From contig OZ024742.1 of NCBI GenBank assembly GCA_964016885.1, positions 282,782,001 to 282,846,000 of the forward strand: DNA of 64,000 nucleotides, given 5' to 3'. The stretch comes from Eledone cirrhosa (lineage: Eukaryota). A program made the position numbers and the translations under genes. Below, piece after piece: positions 1-13,067 of this stretch. The notes below the pieces were generated by a model, which did no database searches, had not been told where the DNA came from, and saw nothing but the letters and a program-made list of their open reading frames with translations. Numbering within the stretch: the stretch's first letter is position 1; each line of letters starts with the position of its first letter.

Positions 1-110
1 AGGGAGCAGTAGTGACCATAACACATTTCAAGGGCTCAGGGGGGGGGGGGATATGTTCTGAAATTGAAGATCTAATGCAACATACTTACAATAATTGTTT
101 CTACTATACT

Positions 111-201
111 ATTGGCACAAGGCCAGCAATTACCTAGTGCATTACTGGTACTTTATTTTATCGACCCCGTAAGGATGAAAGGCAAAGCTAACCTCGGCGG
201 G
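111..201 (-). mobile_element. 5'-truncated tRNA-derived SINE (Deu/Nin-like core, tail A)
   Basis: Reverse complement of the family core GCCTTTCATCCTTACGGGGTCGATAAAATAAAGTACCAG plus tail TTGCTGGCCTTGTGCCAA seen in full copies at 20519 and 41778. Confidence 0.85.
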
Positions 202-354
202 GGTCTCCAACTAACGTCCTCCAAGGGCCAGGTGGTGGTGTTAAACCCGGCGATGGATTAAGTCTACCATCATGCGTGTTTGTGTGTGCGTGTGTAAATC
301 TGAGTACACGTGACATGGACAGGTAGTTGTAAACAGACAAACGAATCCCTAAAT

Positions 355-366
355 CTTCTCTCTCTC

Positions 367-412
<46 letters not shown>

Positions 413-417
413 ACTCA

Positions 418-456
<39 letters not shown>

Positions 457-577
457 ACTCACTCACTCTCTCTCTGTCTTTCTCCCCCTCTCTCTTTCTC
501 TCCCTCTCTCTTTCTCTCACTCACTCTCTCTCTTTCTCTCTCTCTCTCACACACAATCGTCGTCGATGATGATGATG

Positions 578-635
<58 letters not shown>

Positions 636-863
636 GGTGTCCCCCAAAAAATGTATTCAAACTTCAAAAGCATTCTAATCAAATATATATATATATATAT
701 AAACGGAAAAAATGAAACGAAATTTCATTTCTCACTCTTAGTACAGCTGTTACTTAAATATAAGTTCGGTGAATCCATACGTACATATATATATGTGTGC
801 ATGTATGTATATATATATACATACTACTGTACGTCTGTATACATATATGTATGTACGTATACA

Positions 864-921
<58 letters not shown>

Positions 922-935
922 CTGTATAGTCTTGT
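355..935. repeat. (TC)n and (TA)n microsatellite block containing one Tc1/mariner-like MITE end (TA|CAGGGTGTCCC at 633)
   Basis: Direct reading; the end matches the TIRs at 30378 and 31975. Confidence 0.85.
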
Positions 936-1213
936 CCTATTTTTTAAAGGTTGTAGTGGTGGTGGTGTTGATGGTAGGGTTGTGGAATTAAATTTTCTGC
1001 AAATTTTCAGTAAAAATATCCTGAGACTAACTTAATGTAATAAGTTATCTTTTAAAATGATATTTTATACGTGCGTGCATGTATGCACACATGTAACACA
1101 CACTCACATACAAACACATATACAAACACATATATAATGCACTCTCTCTCCTTTTTATCTAACTTTCTCTCAAATAGCTGTACTTCTCTCTCTCCCCTTC
1201 TCTCTCTCTCATA

Positions 1214-1271
<58 letters not shown>

Positions 1272-1780
1272 CACCATTCCTTTTTGTACTACAAATAAGA
1301 TAAGCTATACAACTGCTACTACTACTTCTATTACCACCAGTACTACTACTACTTCTATTGCTTTCACACCAAACATCTTATTTTTTAGCTAAGTGTTTCA
1401 CAAAATTTCTGCATATTTAATTTTGTATAAATTTGTGAAAATAATTTCATTTTCACCACTTACTTCATTATTTTCGTTTTATTTTTTATAATTTAAAAAA
1501 AAATGTAATCACTGAAGTTCTAATTAAGACTAATTCAATATTTAAATTTTGGGAGAAAAATCTACCAGTAAAAAAAAAAAAAAACGACTGGTTAAGTTTT
1601 TTCTTAATACATACATCTTGCTTACTGATCTGTCAAGATCTCTCAATGGACTGTTGTGTTGTTCTTTGTGTTCTTTTTGGCATGTATTTATTAGTGGAAG
1701 GTGGTGGATTGGCAAAGTCGCTAGAACCTCGAACAAATACTCAACAGTAATTGTTCCTGGTCTTTACTTGTATATATATG

Positions 1781-2103
1781 TACGGATGGGTGAATGAGGG
1801 AGTCGTACGGACGCCATATTGACATACGGTGTTTCTAGGGCATCTTTATCGTTAAACCTGGCGGAACTCGTCTTATCTCCAGGTCTGAATACAACTGTTT
1901 TTTTTTCTCAGAGAAGGATAGGAATGAGAAAGAGTTATAGAGGAAGAACTGACCCCCAGTACTGAATAAGTACTTTTTTGTCAACCATAAATAGATAAAA
2001 AGCAAAGTTGACCTCAGCGAGATTTGAACTCAGAGATCAAAGAGTCGGATCAAATACTGCAAAGCATTTTATCCGACGTTTTAACCACTCTGCCAATTTG
2101 CCG
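1781..2103 (-). mobile_element. tRNA-derived SINE, same head and core with alternative long tail B
   Basis: Head (rc of B-box GAGTTCAAATC) and core at 1950-2103; 1781-1950 aligns with 23484-23670 and, inverted, with 31150-31310. Confidence 0.75.
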
Positions 2104-2121
2104 TTGGTCTTTACTTACGTA

Positions 2122-2682
2122 GTTCAAATCTTGCCGAGATAAAATTTGCCTTTCACCCCTTTAATGTCGATAAAATAAAGTACCAGTCAAGTACTAGGTT
2201 GAATATATTCGACTTTCCCTTCCTCATAAAATTGCTGGTTTAGTGTCTGAATTAGTGGTGAATTTAGCAGAATCTTTAGAGTGCCGGGTAAAATATCAGG
2301 TGTTATTCTTTCTGGCTTTTTTTCTTTCTGAGTTCAAATCCCTCCAAAGTCAACTTAACTTGCCGTTCTTTTGAGATTGATAAAATAAAGTTCCAATTAA
2401 ATACTGGGGTCAATATAATAATTGTTTCTACTTTAGGCACAAGGCCAGCAATTACCCAGTGCATTAGGCAGTATTTGAACTCAGAACTCACAGAGCTAAA
2501 ACATACACTGCAAATTATCCCGTCCAATTCTTTAACATTTCCACCAAACCAACACCCATGGACTGGTACTTTATTTATCAACTCCGAACGGCTGAAAGGA
2601 TTTGAACTCAAAAGTTACAGAGCAGAGAACTGGACCAAATACCGAGGTATTTAGTCTGGTGCTTTTACGACTCTGCCAATTC
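2122..2682. mobile_element. Cluster of nested SINE fragments in both orientations
   Basis: Repeated GAGTTCAAATC/GATTTGAACTC boxes, GATAAAATAAAGTACCAG cores and GGCACAAGGCCAGCAATT tails. Confidence 0.8.
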
Positions 2683-3195
2683 AATAGAATAAGCAAACTT
2701 TGAAAAGCCCTCATTACCATCGAGATTATTTGATCCAACGAAAGCTAACTAACAAGGAAAGAACCCTAAGCCAACTACAACCACAGCAATATCGACAAGA
2801 ACATTTATTTAACTTACAGCTTGTTTGTGATTTTAATACACCTCTAAGTACACCCTATGGAATTCCTACATATTGTATATTGAACATAGCTATTTCCCTG
2901 GTGGTAGCAGTGACTTGACTTCTTTTCTACTGACTAAAACTTTTGTCTTCGATAAACTTGAAGAACATAGGAGAGAGAGTTTGAACTGAAAGCGCAGAGA
3001 ACCAGAACAATACCAAGGTACTTAATCCGACGCTCTAACAACTCTGCCAGTTCGCCAACAGAATAAACAAACTTTGAAGAGTCCTCGTTACTAACGAGAT
3101 CTGTTTGATCTAATAGAAGCAAGCTAACAAGGAAAGGTCCCCTAAGCCAACAACAACAAGAAGAACAATATCAACAAGAACAACATTTATTTAAC
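2600..3195. repeat. Diverged tandem duplication (about 375-bp period) of a SINE head plus unique flank
   Basis: AGAATAARCAAACTTTGAARAG...CTAACAAGGAAAG...CCCTAAGCCAAC...CAATATCRACAAGAACA...ACATTTATTTAACT occurs at about 2685-2815 and about 3060-3196. Confidence 0.8.
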
Positions 3196-4079
3196 TGAAT
3201 AATAAATCCACGTTTCCTTTACAGGAATAGATTCGTTAAAAATAAACAAATTTCAGTCCCATCTTTGTTTTTGTTTTGTTTTTTATATTTTTTAAGGACT
3301 TGGTTTTTTAGAGATTTACAAATTTTTATTTTTTTATTTTGGGGTGAGGGTGGTCTACTTGCTAATCTCCAGTCACTCCACCCCACCCCACGACCTCTGC
3401 TACCCCCACTTGTTGTTCCATTCCAAATCTGGAAAATGGATTATTTTCTTCAGTTTATTTTATTTTCATATCTTAATCTGTTTTCAGAACTTCTAAAAAG
3501 AAGCTAGCTGCTAAAATATTTTGGCAACACACACACACACACACACACACGTCGCTGATGTAGTAGGTTGGTTGCCTGGGTTGGTGGTGGTGGTGGTGGG
3601 GAGGGTAATATAGTTTGGGGAGAGGGCTTGGATGGCTGGCTGGTTAGTGGTAGGGGATAAAGTAGGTCAAGAAGATCGTGAGTAAGGAAGGTTCCGAGGT
3701 CAGAGCCCTTTGGCTGGTTGGCTGGTTAGGTAGGATGGTAGATTGGTGGGTTTTTTTACTGGTTCACTGGTTAACTGTTCTGTTAGCAGACTGAAGCTAA
3801 CCAATATCACAATTGTTTACATAGTCTCCCCTCTCTCTTTCTCTCTAAATATACATGTGAGTATATATATATATGTGGGTGTGTGTGTGTGTGTGTGTGT
3901 GATAATCCAGTTTGCATCGCTGTCAAACTAACAAGATTAAACTGCTTTGCCATGTGCTGAGCACAAATATGGCTGGAATTACCACCACCACCAACACCAC
4001 CACCACCACCACCACTACTACTACTACTACTACTTTTTTCTTAGTTAACCAACCAATATCGTATTTGTTTCCCAGCTCC

Positions 4080-4250
4080 TCGTGTTCTGAGTTCTTATCT
4101 TACCAAAGCAACCTTCCTTGTCTTTCATCCGTCTGTAGGGAAAGGTCAATAGAATATAATACCAGTTCAGTACTGGGGTCAATATATTTGACTTATCCCT
4201 CTCGCTAAATTTGCTGGCCATGTGCCTAAATTAGAAACCATCGTTATTTT
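4080..4250 (+). mobile_element. Degenerate SINE (core plus tail A)
   Basis: TTCTGAGTTC...TCTTTCATCC...GTACTGGGGTCAAT...TTGCTGGCCATGTGCCTAAATTAGAAACC. Confidence 0.7.
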
Positions 4251-5499
4251 ATTATACCACTTTATAGAATGCACTGGGGGTATTTTATCATGACACCAGC
4301 GCTACCACTTGACAGATTGTACTGGGTATATTTTACAATGGCACCAGCACTAGAGGGGTATGTAGGTTCTCAAATACCCAGCAACCATGAACATTTTCCT
4401 AAACTATAATGAAAATTTAAAGGAAGAAATTTTAAAATCTGAAAATTTTAACTTTTCCACGAATTCTACAAAAACGCCCTATAATTTAATGGAATATTAT
4501 TGTGAAATGCATTTGTTGTTGTTGTTGTTGTCCATGTTCTTGTTGCTATTGTTTCTGTTAAGGGTGTTACTGTGGTTCTTGTGATTATGGTTGTTGTTTT
4601 TTGTTATTATTAATTTTGCTGTTATTGTTGGTGTTGCTCTCCTTGTTTGTTGTCGTTGTTGTTGCTGTTGTTGCTCTTGTTCCTGTCGTTGGTGATGGTG
4701 ATGGTGTTGTTGGTGGTGTTTTTTTTTTAGCGTCATTGTCATTGTTGTTATTATTGTTGATGTAGTTGTCGTTATTTCTTCTTGCTGTTGTTGTCATCCT
4801 TGTTGTTGTTGTTGTTTATGTATATTTTTGTTTGTTTTTAGATAGCATGGGTACTTTAGTTGTCTCTTAAACAAATGCTGAAATTAATGGTAGCCTCTTT
4901 TCTACCTGTTAACGTGTATGTAGTTAGCTGTGTGTGTGTGTGTGTGTGTGTGTAGTTCTATGTGTGCATGTGTGTGTGTAATTGCGAATGTGTGTGTAGG
5001 TATGTGTGAATGTTGATTTGTGTGGAGATGTAGTTGGGTGTGCTTGTAGTTGTATGTATATATGTGTGTGTGTGTGTGTGTGTAGTTCTGTGAGTGCATG
5101 TAGTTGTGTGTGTGTGTGTGTGTGTGCTTGTGTGTAGCTATGTGTGAATGTTGATTTGTGAGGTGATGTAGTTGGGTATGTTTGTAGTTGTATGTATATG
5201 TATTTAGTTGTGTTTGTATGTATGTGTAGTTCTGTGAGGGTGAACCTTTGTGTGAGCCTGTAGTTGTGTCTGTGCTTCTAGTGGTGTATGAAGTCTTGTA
5301 CCTGTGTGTGTGTTTGCATATACCGTTGTATATGTTTTGGAGGTGTTTTATTTCATATAGTTTTTTTTATGTGCATTTGTTCTTTGTCCTACGTCATGTA
5401 AAAATAACAAATTGTAAATTTTATGAATGTTAATGAAAGTGGAATGTTTTAAGAAACAAACACCATCAGCTCCCCTCCCCCCTCTCTCTCTCACTATTT

Positions 5500-5625
5500 T
5501 CCTGTTGGTGTATTTACACAGATTCCATAACATTTATACCGTTAATACCACCACCACCACCACCATTATTGTCCCTATAATTACTAACACTATCATCATC
5601 ACCACCACCATCATCGTCGTCATCA

Positions 5626-5698
<73 letters not shown>

Positions 5699-5868
5699 CT
5701 GCTGTTGGTGTATTTACTCAGATTCCGTACCATTTATACCATTATCCCCCCCCCACCACCACCACCACTATTATTATCCCTATAATTACCAACACTATCA
5801 ACACCGCCGCCATCGCTATCATGTCTTTGTTGCTGTATTTACATAGATTTCATACCATTTATACCCAG
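5500..5868. repeat. Three diverged copies of a 40-bp motif within a tandem duplication of about 200 bp
   Basis: TGTTGGTGTATTTACWCAGATTCCRTAMCATTTATACC at 5503 and 5703, variant at 5828. Confidence 0.8.
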
Positions 5869-6060
5869 TGCTTTCACGATCACCATTATTACCACTACAA
5901 CAATTACCCTTATCACCACCACCGTCAACACCACTAACATCTCCTGTGTCAACACCACCACCACCACCATCAACACTACTAACATCACCACCATTTTCAT
6001 CACATCCACTATTACCACTGCTAACATCTCTATCTCCATCACCACTATCACCACCACCAA

Positions 6061-6402
6061 CAGCACTAACATCACCACCGCTAACATCTCCATCATTTAT
6101 ATCACCTCCATCATTACCACCACCACCACCACTACCATCACCGCCATCATTACCACCACCACCACCACCAGCACTAACATCACCACCGCTAACATCTCCA
6201 TCATTTATATCACCTCCATCATTACCACCACCACCACCACTACCATCACCGCCATCATTACCACCACCACCACCACCAGCACTAACATCACCACCGCTAA
6301 CATCTCCATCATTTATATCACCTCCATCATTACCACCACCACCACCACTACCATCACCGCCATCATTACCACCACCACCACCACCAGCACTAACATCACC
6401 TC
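6061..6402. repeat. 108-bp ACC-rich tandem repeat, about 3.2 copies
   Basis: CAGCACTAACATCACC recurs at 6061, 6169, 6277 and 6385. Confidence 0.9.
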
Positions 6403-6432
6403 TATTAAAATCATCTTTATGTTCTCACTCTC

Positions 6433-7095
6433 AGTTCAAATCAAGCTGAGCTCAACTTTGCCTTTTATCCTTCCGAGGTCGATAAAATAAAGTATCAGTG
6501 AAGTACTGGGCTCAATAATCAACATTCCCTCCCCACAAATTGCTGGCATTGTGCTTAAATGAGAAACCATTATTATTGGCAGCATTGGTAGAGGGTCGGA
6601 CGCCATGCTTTGAAGCATTGAGTTACGGTCTGAGTTCAAATCCTACAGATTTGAACTATTATTTATTCAAATCCCGCCGAGGTTAACTTTGCCTTTCATC
6701 CTTACGGGGATCGATAAAATAAAGTACCAGTCACCCACTGAGTCGATCTAATCGATTCCCCCCCCCCCCCAAAAAAAAATCGCTGGCCATGTGCCTATAG
6801 TAGAAACCATTATTTGTTCCGGCCCTTTACGTTCTGAGTTCAAACCTTACCGAGGTTAGCTTTGCTTTTCATCCCTCGACAAAATAAAATCGATCTTTCC
6901 CTTCCCTCAAACTGCCGGTTTTGTGCCTAAATCAAAAACCATTATTATTTTTATTCTTTACCTCCCTGTATGATCTGAGTTCAAATCCCGCCGAGGTTAA
7001 CTTTGCCTTTCATCCTTCCGGGGTCGATAGAATAAAGTACCAGTAATGCTTTGGGTAATTGCTGGCCTTGTGCCAAAAGTAGAAACAATTATTAT
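6433..7095 (+). mobile_element. Head-to-tail cluster of four SINE copies or fragments
   Basis: Four successive GTTCAAA...CTTTGCYTTTYATCC...GATAAAATAAAGTAYCAG...TGCTGGC...AGAAAC units, some degenerate. Confidence 0.85.
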
Positions 7096-7264
7096 TTTTA
7101 TTCTTCTTCTTTCGTATGAGATAGCTGCAATTATGTGATGTCACCCCAAGCGATGTAACCAGCTCACTGTAGTGGGATCAGTGTGTGTGAGGTTTATATT
7201 CTCAGGTGAGCAGAGATCAAGGCACTCACTCAATATATGTTGAGTATTATTGATGCAAGTTATT

Positions 7265-7470
7265 GGTGGTGGTGTTGGCAGAATCATTAGAGCATCGGAT
7301 AAAATGTACTGGCTCTATACTCTCTGAGTTAAAATCATGCCGATCTCAATTTTGGCTTTCACCTTTCTGAGGTCGATAAAATAAAGTATATGTCAAGTAC
7401 TGGGGTCAATATCATCGACTTTTCGCTTAAATTGCTACTCTTATGCCTAAAATAGAAAAAAATATTATTA
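7265..7470 (+). mobile_element. Near full-length tRNA-derived SINE
   Basis: A-box-like TGGCAGAATCATT, B-box-like GAGTTAAAATC, core GAGGTCGATAAAATAAAGTA, tail A. Confidence 0.75.
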
Positions 7471-8244
7471 TCGTTGCTATCATGAAATATAAAAAAAAAC
7501 GCAATATGTGAACACTTAATAGTGATGATGAGTGTGCATGTTTTGTTTGTTTGTTTATTTATTTATTTATTTATTTGCTATTTAGTAGAAATTTTTACCG
7601 TTTCCCGTTCCATGTCGTTTTTTTTTTGTTTTGTTTTTTGGCAATTTTGCTTTTTTATTTCGATTTAAAATCATTTTTTTTTTTCGCGGGTTTTATTGTA
7701 TTCTTGAAATTTATTTATTTGTTCCTTATATTATGGTTTAATGGTGGGAGAGATGAATAACAACATCAATAATTCTATAGAGCTAATATTGTTTGGCTTC
7801 TGTTCGGCTGTGTTCTCGCTAGTGGAATAAATGTTGTAATCGACAGTTTAACATTACAACTGAAACACAAAACTGTTGCATGTGTATCTATTTGTGTTTC
7901 TCTGTATGTCTCGTATCTCGCTATCTTGAAAACTTTACTGCTTTTCTTCGCTTTTTCTTCTTTAATTCTATGTTTATTTAATTTACTCCCCCAAGATGTT
8001 ATCAAATTTTCTAGGGTTCATTTTTCTGTTGTTACAAATTAATTTTTTTTTTCTTAAACCAATACGCAGACATACAAGTTTTGTTTTTGTTGTTACTTTA
8101 TCCAAGACTTCGGACAAAGCAATTTTAAAGCAATACTTCCTGATTTGCCATTCATATGTTTGTTGTTTCGAGTTTACTATTGACTTAATGTTTTATGGTG
8201 TTGGCGATTTTTACACACAAGTTGCTTTGCTGTTGACTTTCATA

Positions 8245-8514
8245 TTAACTCCTTTGACATCAAACTGCTTGAAACTGCCCTTGGGTTTTATGATACAAAT
8301 CTGATTGTTTTAAAGTGTTTATATTTGTCTAAAACATCCTCCATATTTTTGTGTAAGAACTTTTGTTAAGTTATGCCCCAAAATACCAGCTTGACGAGAA
8401 AGTTACTTACATATCACTAAATCCTTCGAAAATTTTTCGTTATTTTCAAAATTATAAAAAAATTTACATGGTGCTTTTTTTTTATAAGAAATCGGTCAAC
8501 AACAAAAGGGTTAA
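8245..8514. mobile_element. piggyBac-like MITE
   Basis: TTAA-CTCCTTTG at 8245 and CAAAAGGG-TTAA at 8503-8514 (TTAA target, imperfect CCCTTT termini); a second right end AGAAGGGTTAA at about 8790. Confidence 0.55.
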
Positions 8515-9319
8515 AGTTACCTAAAAAAAAACCTTCCATCATAATTTTAAGAGCATTTAAGTTAATCTCAAAACTTAATAATGAGAAAATGAAGTCGCGT
8601 GGCCTAATGGTTACGGTGTTGGACTTACACTCTCAGTCGCTTAACACCTATGAAACCGGGATAAGCGCCGGCTTAATGAGCCTCCGAGCTTTAGACAAAC
8701 TTTAGACTTTTATATTACTGAATTCCTCCAAATACTTGATTATTTTCAAAATTCTCTATTACAGTGACTTTCTTTAGAAATATGGTCTTAGAAGGGTTAA
8801 CGTTAATGATATTGATAACATTGATGATGATGATTTAAATTCATTAAAAAAAAAAACCAGTTATCTTCTATTTATTTTATTTACTCTCTGAAGATATCAA
8901 TTTTTTCCTTTTTTTTTCTTATAATGTTAGTTTTTTTTGTTTTTTGTTTTTTTTTAAGGAACACACACACACTCATGCACAGACATACATATACACAAAC
9001 ATACACAGTTTATCTTATTCTATTTAAATCTTTTCCCATGACTGCTGAGCAAACGTATCGAAACACATTCCTCTCCTCTTATTTACTAATGTACTAATGT
9101 TTGTTGTTCAGTAGTTACTATTTATTCAACTTTAAACAATGTTGGTGATTCTCTCTCTCTCTCTCTCTCTCTCTAGATACTTTACATTTGGCCATCATTA
9201 TGTCATGATGATGATGATTGTTTAGATTCAAGCCCACAAAATCAGATTCAAATTTATTAAAACAAAGAAAAACATAATCACACATACATACTCGCTTTAT
9301 ATATATAATTATATATATA

Positions 9320-9655
9320 TATTGTTATACTTGGGGAGGGTCATATTGTTGTAATAATATTGCCAGAATTAATAACAGAACACACTCACTGTTTGGTTGG
9401 TTTTCGCTTCTGTATCTTTCATATCAGTTAATTTAATTTATTCGGTCCTCACGAGCAATAACTAAAATAAGTTATCCCAATAACTTATTTTAGTTATTGC
9501 TCGCGCTGACTTGACGTATCTGGTCTTTAATGCGAAGAAATACCGATGATAGTCAGAAGATCACTGATGACGGATAGTCCTGGTTTCTTGCTCTATTTTT
9601 TAATTCATATGTATCACATTCGCAACAACGCAGCACGCCATTTTTCATTCATTAT
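9320..9655. mobile_element. (TA)n-embedded element (Penelope-like by inference) with an internal perfect 24-bp hairpin
   Basis: Starts ATTGTTATACTTGGGGAGGGTCAT like the inverted repeat at 42931/43411; hairpin arms 9452-9475 and 9480-9503; TA tracts on both sides. Confidence 0.55.
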
Positions 9656-9668
9656 TTATATATATATA

Positions 9669-9735
<67 letters not shown>

Positions 9736-10244
9736 ATGACTGCAACTCAAGCAATTTGAAACTCAAACCTCTAGGTTTATCGTACTGGTGTTTGCTGTTC
9801 GGTACTCTTACTGTTGACTCAACGTTTTACAGTGTTGGTGATATATTCACTTTGCTGATGTTGTTGTTGTTTCCCAAGATACTTTATTGTTGACTATCAC
9901 AATAAAGGTGATGATGACGATAATGATTTATGTTCAAATTAAAATTTATAAAATAGAAAAGGAAAACAATCAGAGTGTTTTGTTGTGATTTTGTTTTAAT
10001 TTTTATGTTTGTTTTGTTTTGTTTTGTTTTTTTTTCTTATTCAAGACTGCAAAGCAAGCAGTTTGAAACGTACACCGCTTGATTTGTTTATAAATGTTTA
10101 TTGTTACTATTTCACTGTTTACTTAACTTCTATGGTATTGGCAATTAAGAAAAAAAAAACTCTTTTGGGGGTTTCCTAAGGTGCTTTATGTTTTAATGAT
10201 CATTCATGGTGGTGTGATGATGACAATAGTGGTGCGAGTAATAA

Positions 10245-10409
10245 TAAATCGACCCCAGTGCGTGACTGGTACTTTATTCTATCGACCCCGTAAGGAGGAA
10301 AGGCAAAGCTAACCTCGGCGGGATATGAACTCAGAACATAAAGGGCCATAACATTATGCCGCAAAGCATAGTGTCCGACGCTCTACCAATTCTGCCAATC
10401 CACCGCCCT
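10245..10409 (-). mobile_element. tRNA-derived SINE (head plus core)
   Basis: rc of GGCGGTGGATTGGCAGAATTGGTAGAG...GAGTTCATATCCCGCCGAGGTTAGC...GGGGTCGATAGAATAAAGTACCAG. Confidence 0.88.
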
Positions 10410-10859
10410 AATGTGTGGTGAGAGTAATAATGATTGTTTGACTTCAAGTTATAAAAATATATTATAAAACGCTTTCAAATGTTGAGTAACCGGTTTCAAA
10501 CTCACCTTTTGACTCTCAACTGTTTGGTGCACGATTTTGATAGCAATGGCAGCTTACCTTCCAAGCAATGGCAGCTTACCTTCCAACCATGGGCATGAAG
10601 ATGCTGGTGGTGGTTTTGGTACCAACGCACCTAAGACCACCCTGCTTTTTATGACACAAGAGTTCATATTTATACAAACCTTTAACAACGTGCAATGATT
10701 TAGTAGATTTACAATGATTTATTTTAGAACAAGTTTGTTGATTCAAATGTTTATAATATCTTCACAAGTGGACAGATTTGTGAAAATTTGCAGTATTAAT
10801 AAAGACTTCAATTTTTAATGTGATGCAATCATAGTGTTGTTTTGTAATTTTCGATTAAA

Positions 10860-11020
10860 TCAACCTCAGTGTGTTACTGGTACTTTATTTGTCGATCCCC
10901 TAAGATTGAAAAGCCAATCTAACTTCGGTGGGATTTGAACTCAGAACGTAAAGAGACGTAACTCTATGTCGTAAAGCATGGTGTCCGATGCTCTACCAAT
11001 ACTGCCAATCCACTGCCTTA
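10860..11020 (-). mobile_element. tRNA-derived SINE (head plus core)
   Basis: Same family as 10245-10409. Confidence 0.85.
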
Positions 11021-11623
11021 ATAATCGTTAATGATAATAATGACGATTTCATATATTTGCTACAAGGGTGCCAGATGAAGAGAACATTACTAGGACCGAT
11101 TATATAGAATATGGAGGTTTTCATCAAGATTGGATGATAGTGATGGTGGTGGCGGGGGAAAAAATAATTGTTGGTACTTCTTAAATCTTAAAGCAATGTG
11201 TTTTTTTATTTTTTTTTTTATTAAAAAAGACAGACTTCTGTGTTTGTGTGTATTTTCAATAGATCTTTTTCTTTTTCTTCTTTCCATAACGGATGATTGG
11301 CTTCTTGCTATTTCAATGCAACACATAAAATTGAATTTTACCAAATGTTGCTCAAGTATGTTTTTTTTCTTCTTTTCTTTGCTATGCTGGTCGTGGGTAG
11401 TGTAGGCGGTAGAGGAGCGGGAAGAGTTGTTTTTTTACTTCTTTTTCTTCTGGAGTAGGAAGCCTTTTCTTTCTTTTTTTTTTTTTTTTAGTTTTCAGCG
11501 CTCATTGTTGTTTAACTGCGTGTAAAACTTTGACCCCAAAGAACTATGTATGACCAGAAAGCATTCGAGCCGAGAACATCACGTCTGTTATTCTGGTGGT
11601 TATTGCTGTTAATGTTATTGTTG

Positions 11624-11770
11624 CAGACCTGCCAACCTCTAAAAACCCAAACGGGGAGTAAGTACCATGAAAAAAATGGAGAGATTTTATAGAATGAAAG
11701 CTTATACCCATTTTCACAAGAGAAGACATCTCTCGTCCACCCTAGAGTGGGTGGAGAGTTGACAGGTCTG
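11624..11770 (+). mobile_element. MITE with CAGACCTGYCAAC TIRs (hAT-like), internally deleted copy
   Basis: CAGACCTGCCAAC...GTTGACAGGTCTG; interior matches 52540-52736 and rc of 36242-36435; flanks TTGTTG/TTGTTC. Confidence 0.85.
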
Positions 11771-13067
11771 TTGTTCTGTAACTCCTGGTTAACTCTGATT
11801 GAGCTGAACTTTGATCAAAGGGGATTCCTGCCACGACCATCACATTTATTTTTCCTATGTGCAAATCCAAGACCACAGCATCCGACAGGTCCTTTTGTTT
11901 TATTTGGCAGGAATGTGTGTTGCTGACAATGTTGGCATTGGTAGTGGTAGGGACAACAGGTTGTAGTATCCTGATTTTAGTAGTAACAGTGGAAGTGAAG
12001 GAGTGGTGCCGATGGTAGTAGTGAAGACAAACGGTCTTAGTTGTAGTGAAGGTGGTGGTAGTAATTGCTGGTGGTGGCAGTAGTGGAAACAAAAGATAGT
12101 TGTGGTTGTGGTGGTGGTGGTGGTGGTGGGGGGGAGGGTGCCGACGATTGTGGTGTTTCCTGTTGATGATAGTAGTGGAGATAAATGGTCCGTTCGTGGT
12201 GGTATTTGCGCAGATGAAGAGAGAGAGAGAGACAGAAGTGGTGGTGGTGACGATGGTAGTGATGGTATTGGCTGAGATTAAGTAAGCAGGAAGAGGTGGT
12301 ATCGATGTAAACAATGGTAGTTTATCTGAGCAGATGGCCCCCTTTAAAAAATGTGCATTCATTTTCTTCGGCTATCAACGAAGAATGTAAAAGAAGAAGA
12401 AAGTTGAAGAATGCTATAAATTTAGTTTGGCAGAGAGAGAGAACTAGTGTTGCTGGTGATTCCAACAGGATATTGATGGTGGTTGTGGTGGGGAGGGCAG
12501 AGTGTTCGAGTGGGGATGGAGGAACCAGGACGACAGTTCTTTTTGATCGATACCAATATCAAAGGAGTGATTGGGATGTGTGGAGTTAATACACTAACAC
12601 AAATCGCGGACACACACACACGCACGTACATACGCATATGCACACAAAAAGCACATGCAAACGCACGCACACGCACACACACAAGCATACATTCGTATAT
12701 ATGCACATATTCACACTATTCACACTAACACATATTCACACTAACACCTTCCATATTCATAATCACTGCACCATAAATAAACACACTTATTTACATATGC
12801 ACATTCTCATACACACACTCACATACACGCAAATACACACATACTCGCTCACTGTGTATACTTACATGCGCACACACACGCGCGCGCGCGCGCACACATG
12901 TAAAAAAATTAAACGTAAATGGGCCTCCGTCAGTTTCACGATGATCAAATGAACCACCTACTCGTTGAATTAACATATATATGAGTGTCCCCTACATACG
13001 TTAATTTTCAAGCCGAAAAAGCTGAAACATTTATATTACTGGAACAATCCATCTGTCATGTATTCAC

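Noticed and set aside
5868-6449. Proline-rich extensin- or formin-like ORF
   Set aside because: Product of an ACC-rich 108-bp tandem repeat; no domain or supported splice context
11742-12362. 206-aa minus-strand ORF
   Set aside because: Mostly low-complexity ACC repeats, ends inside a MITE, and has no recognisable domain
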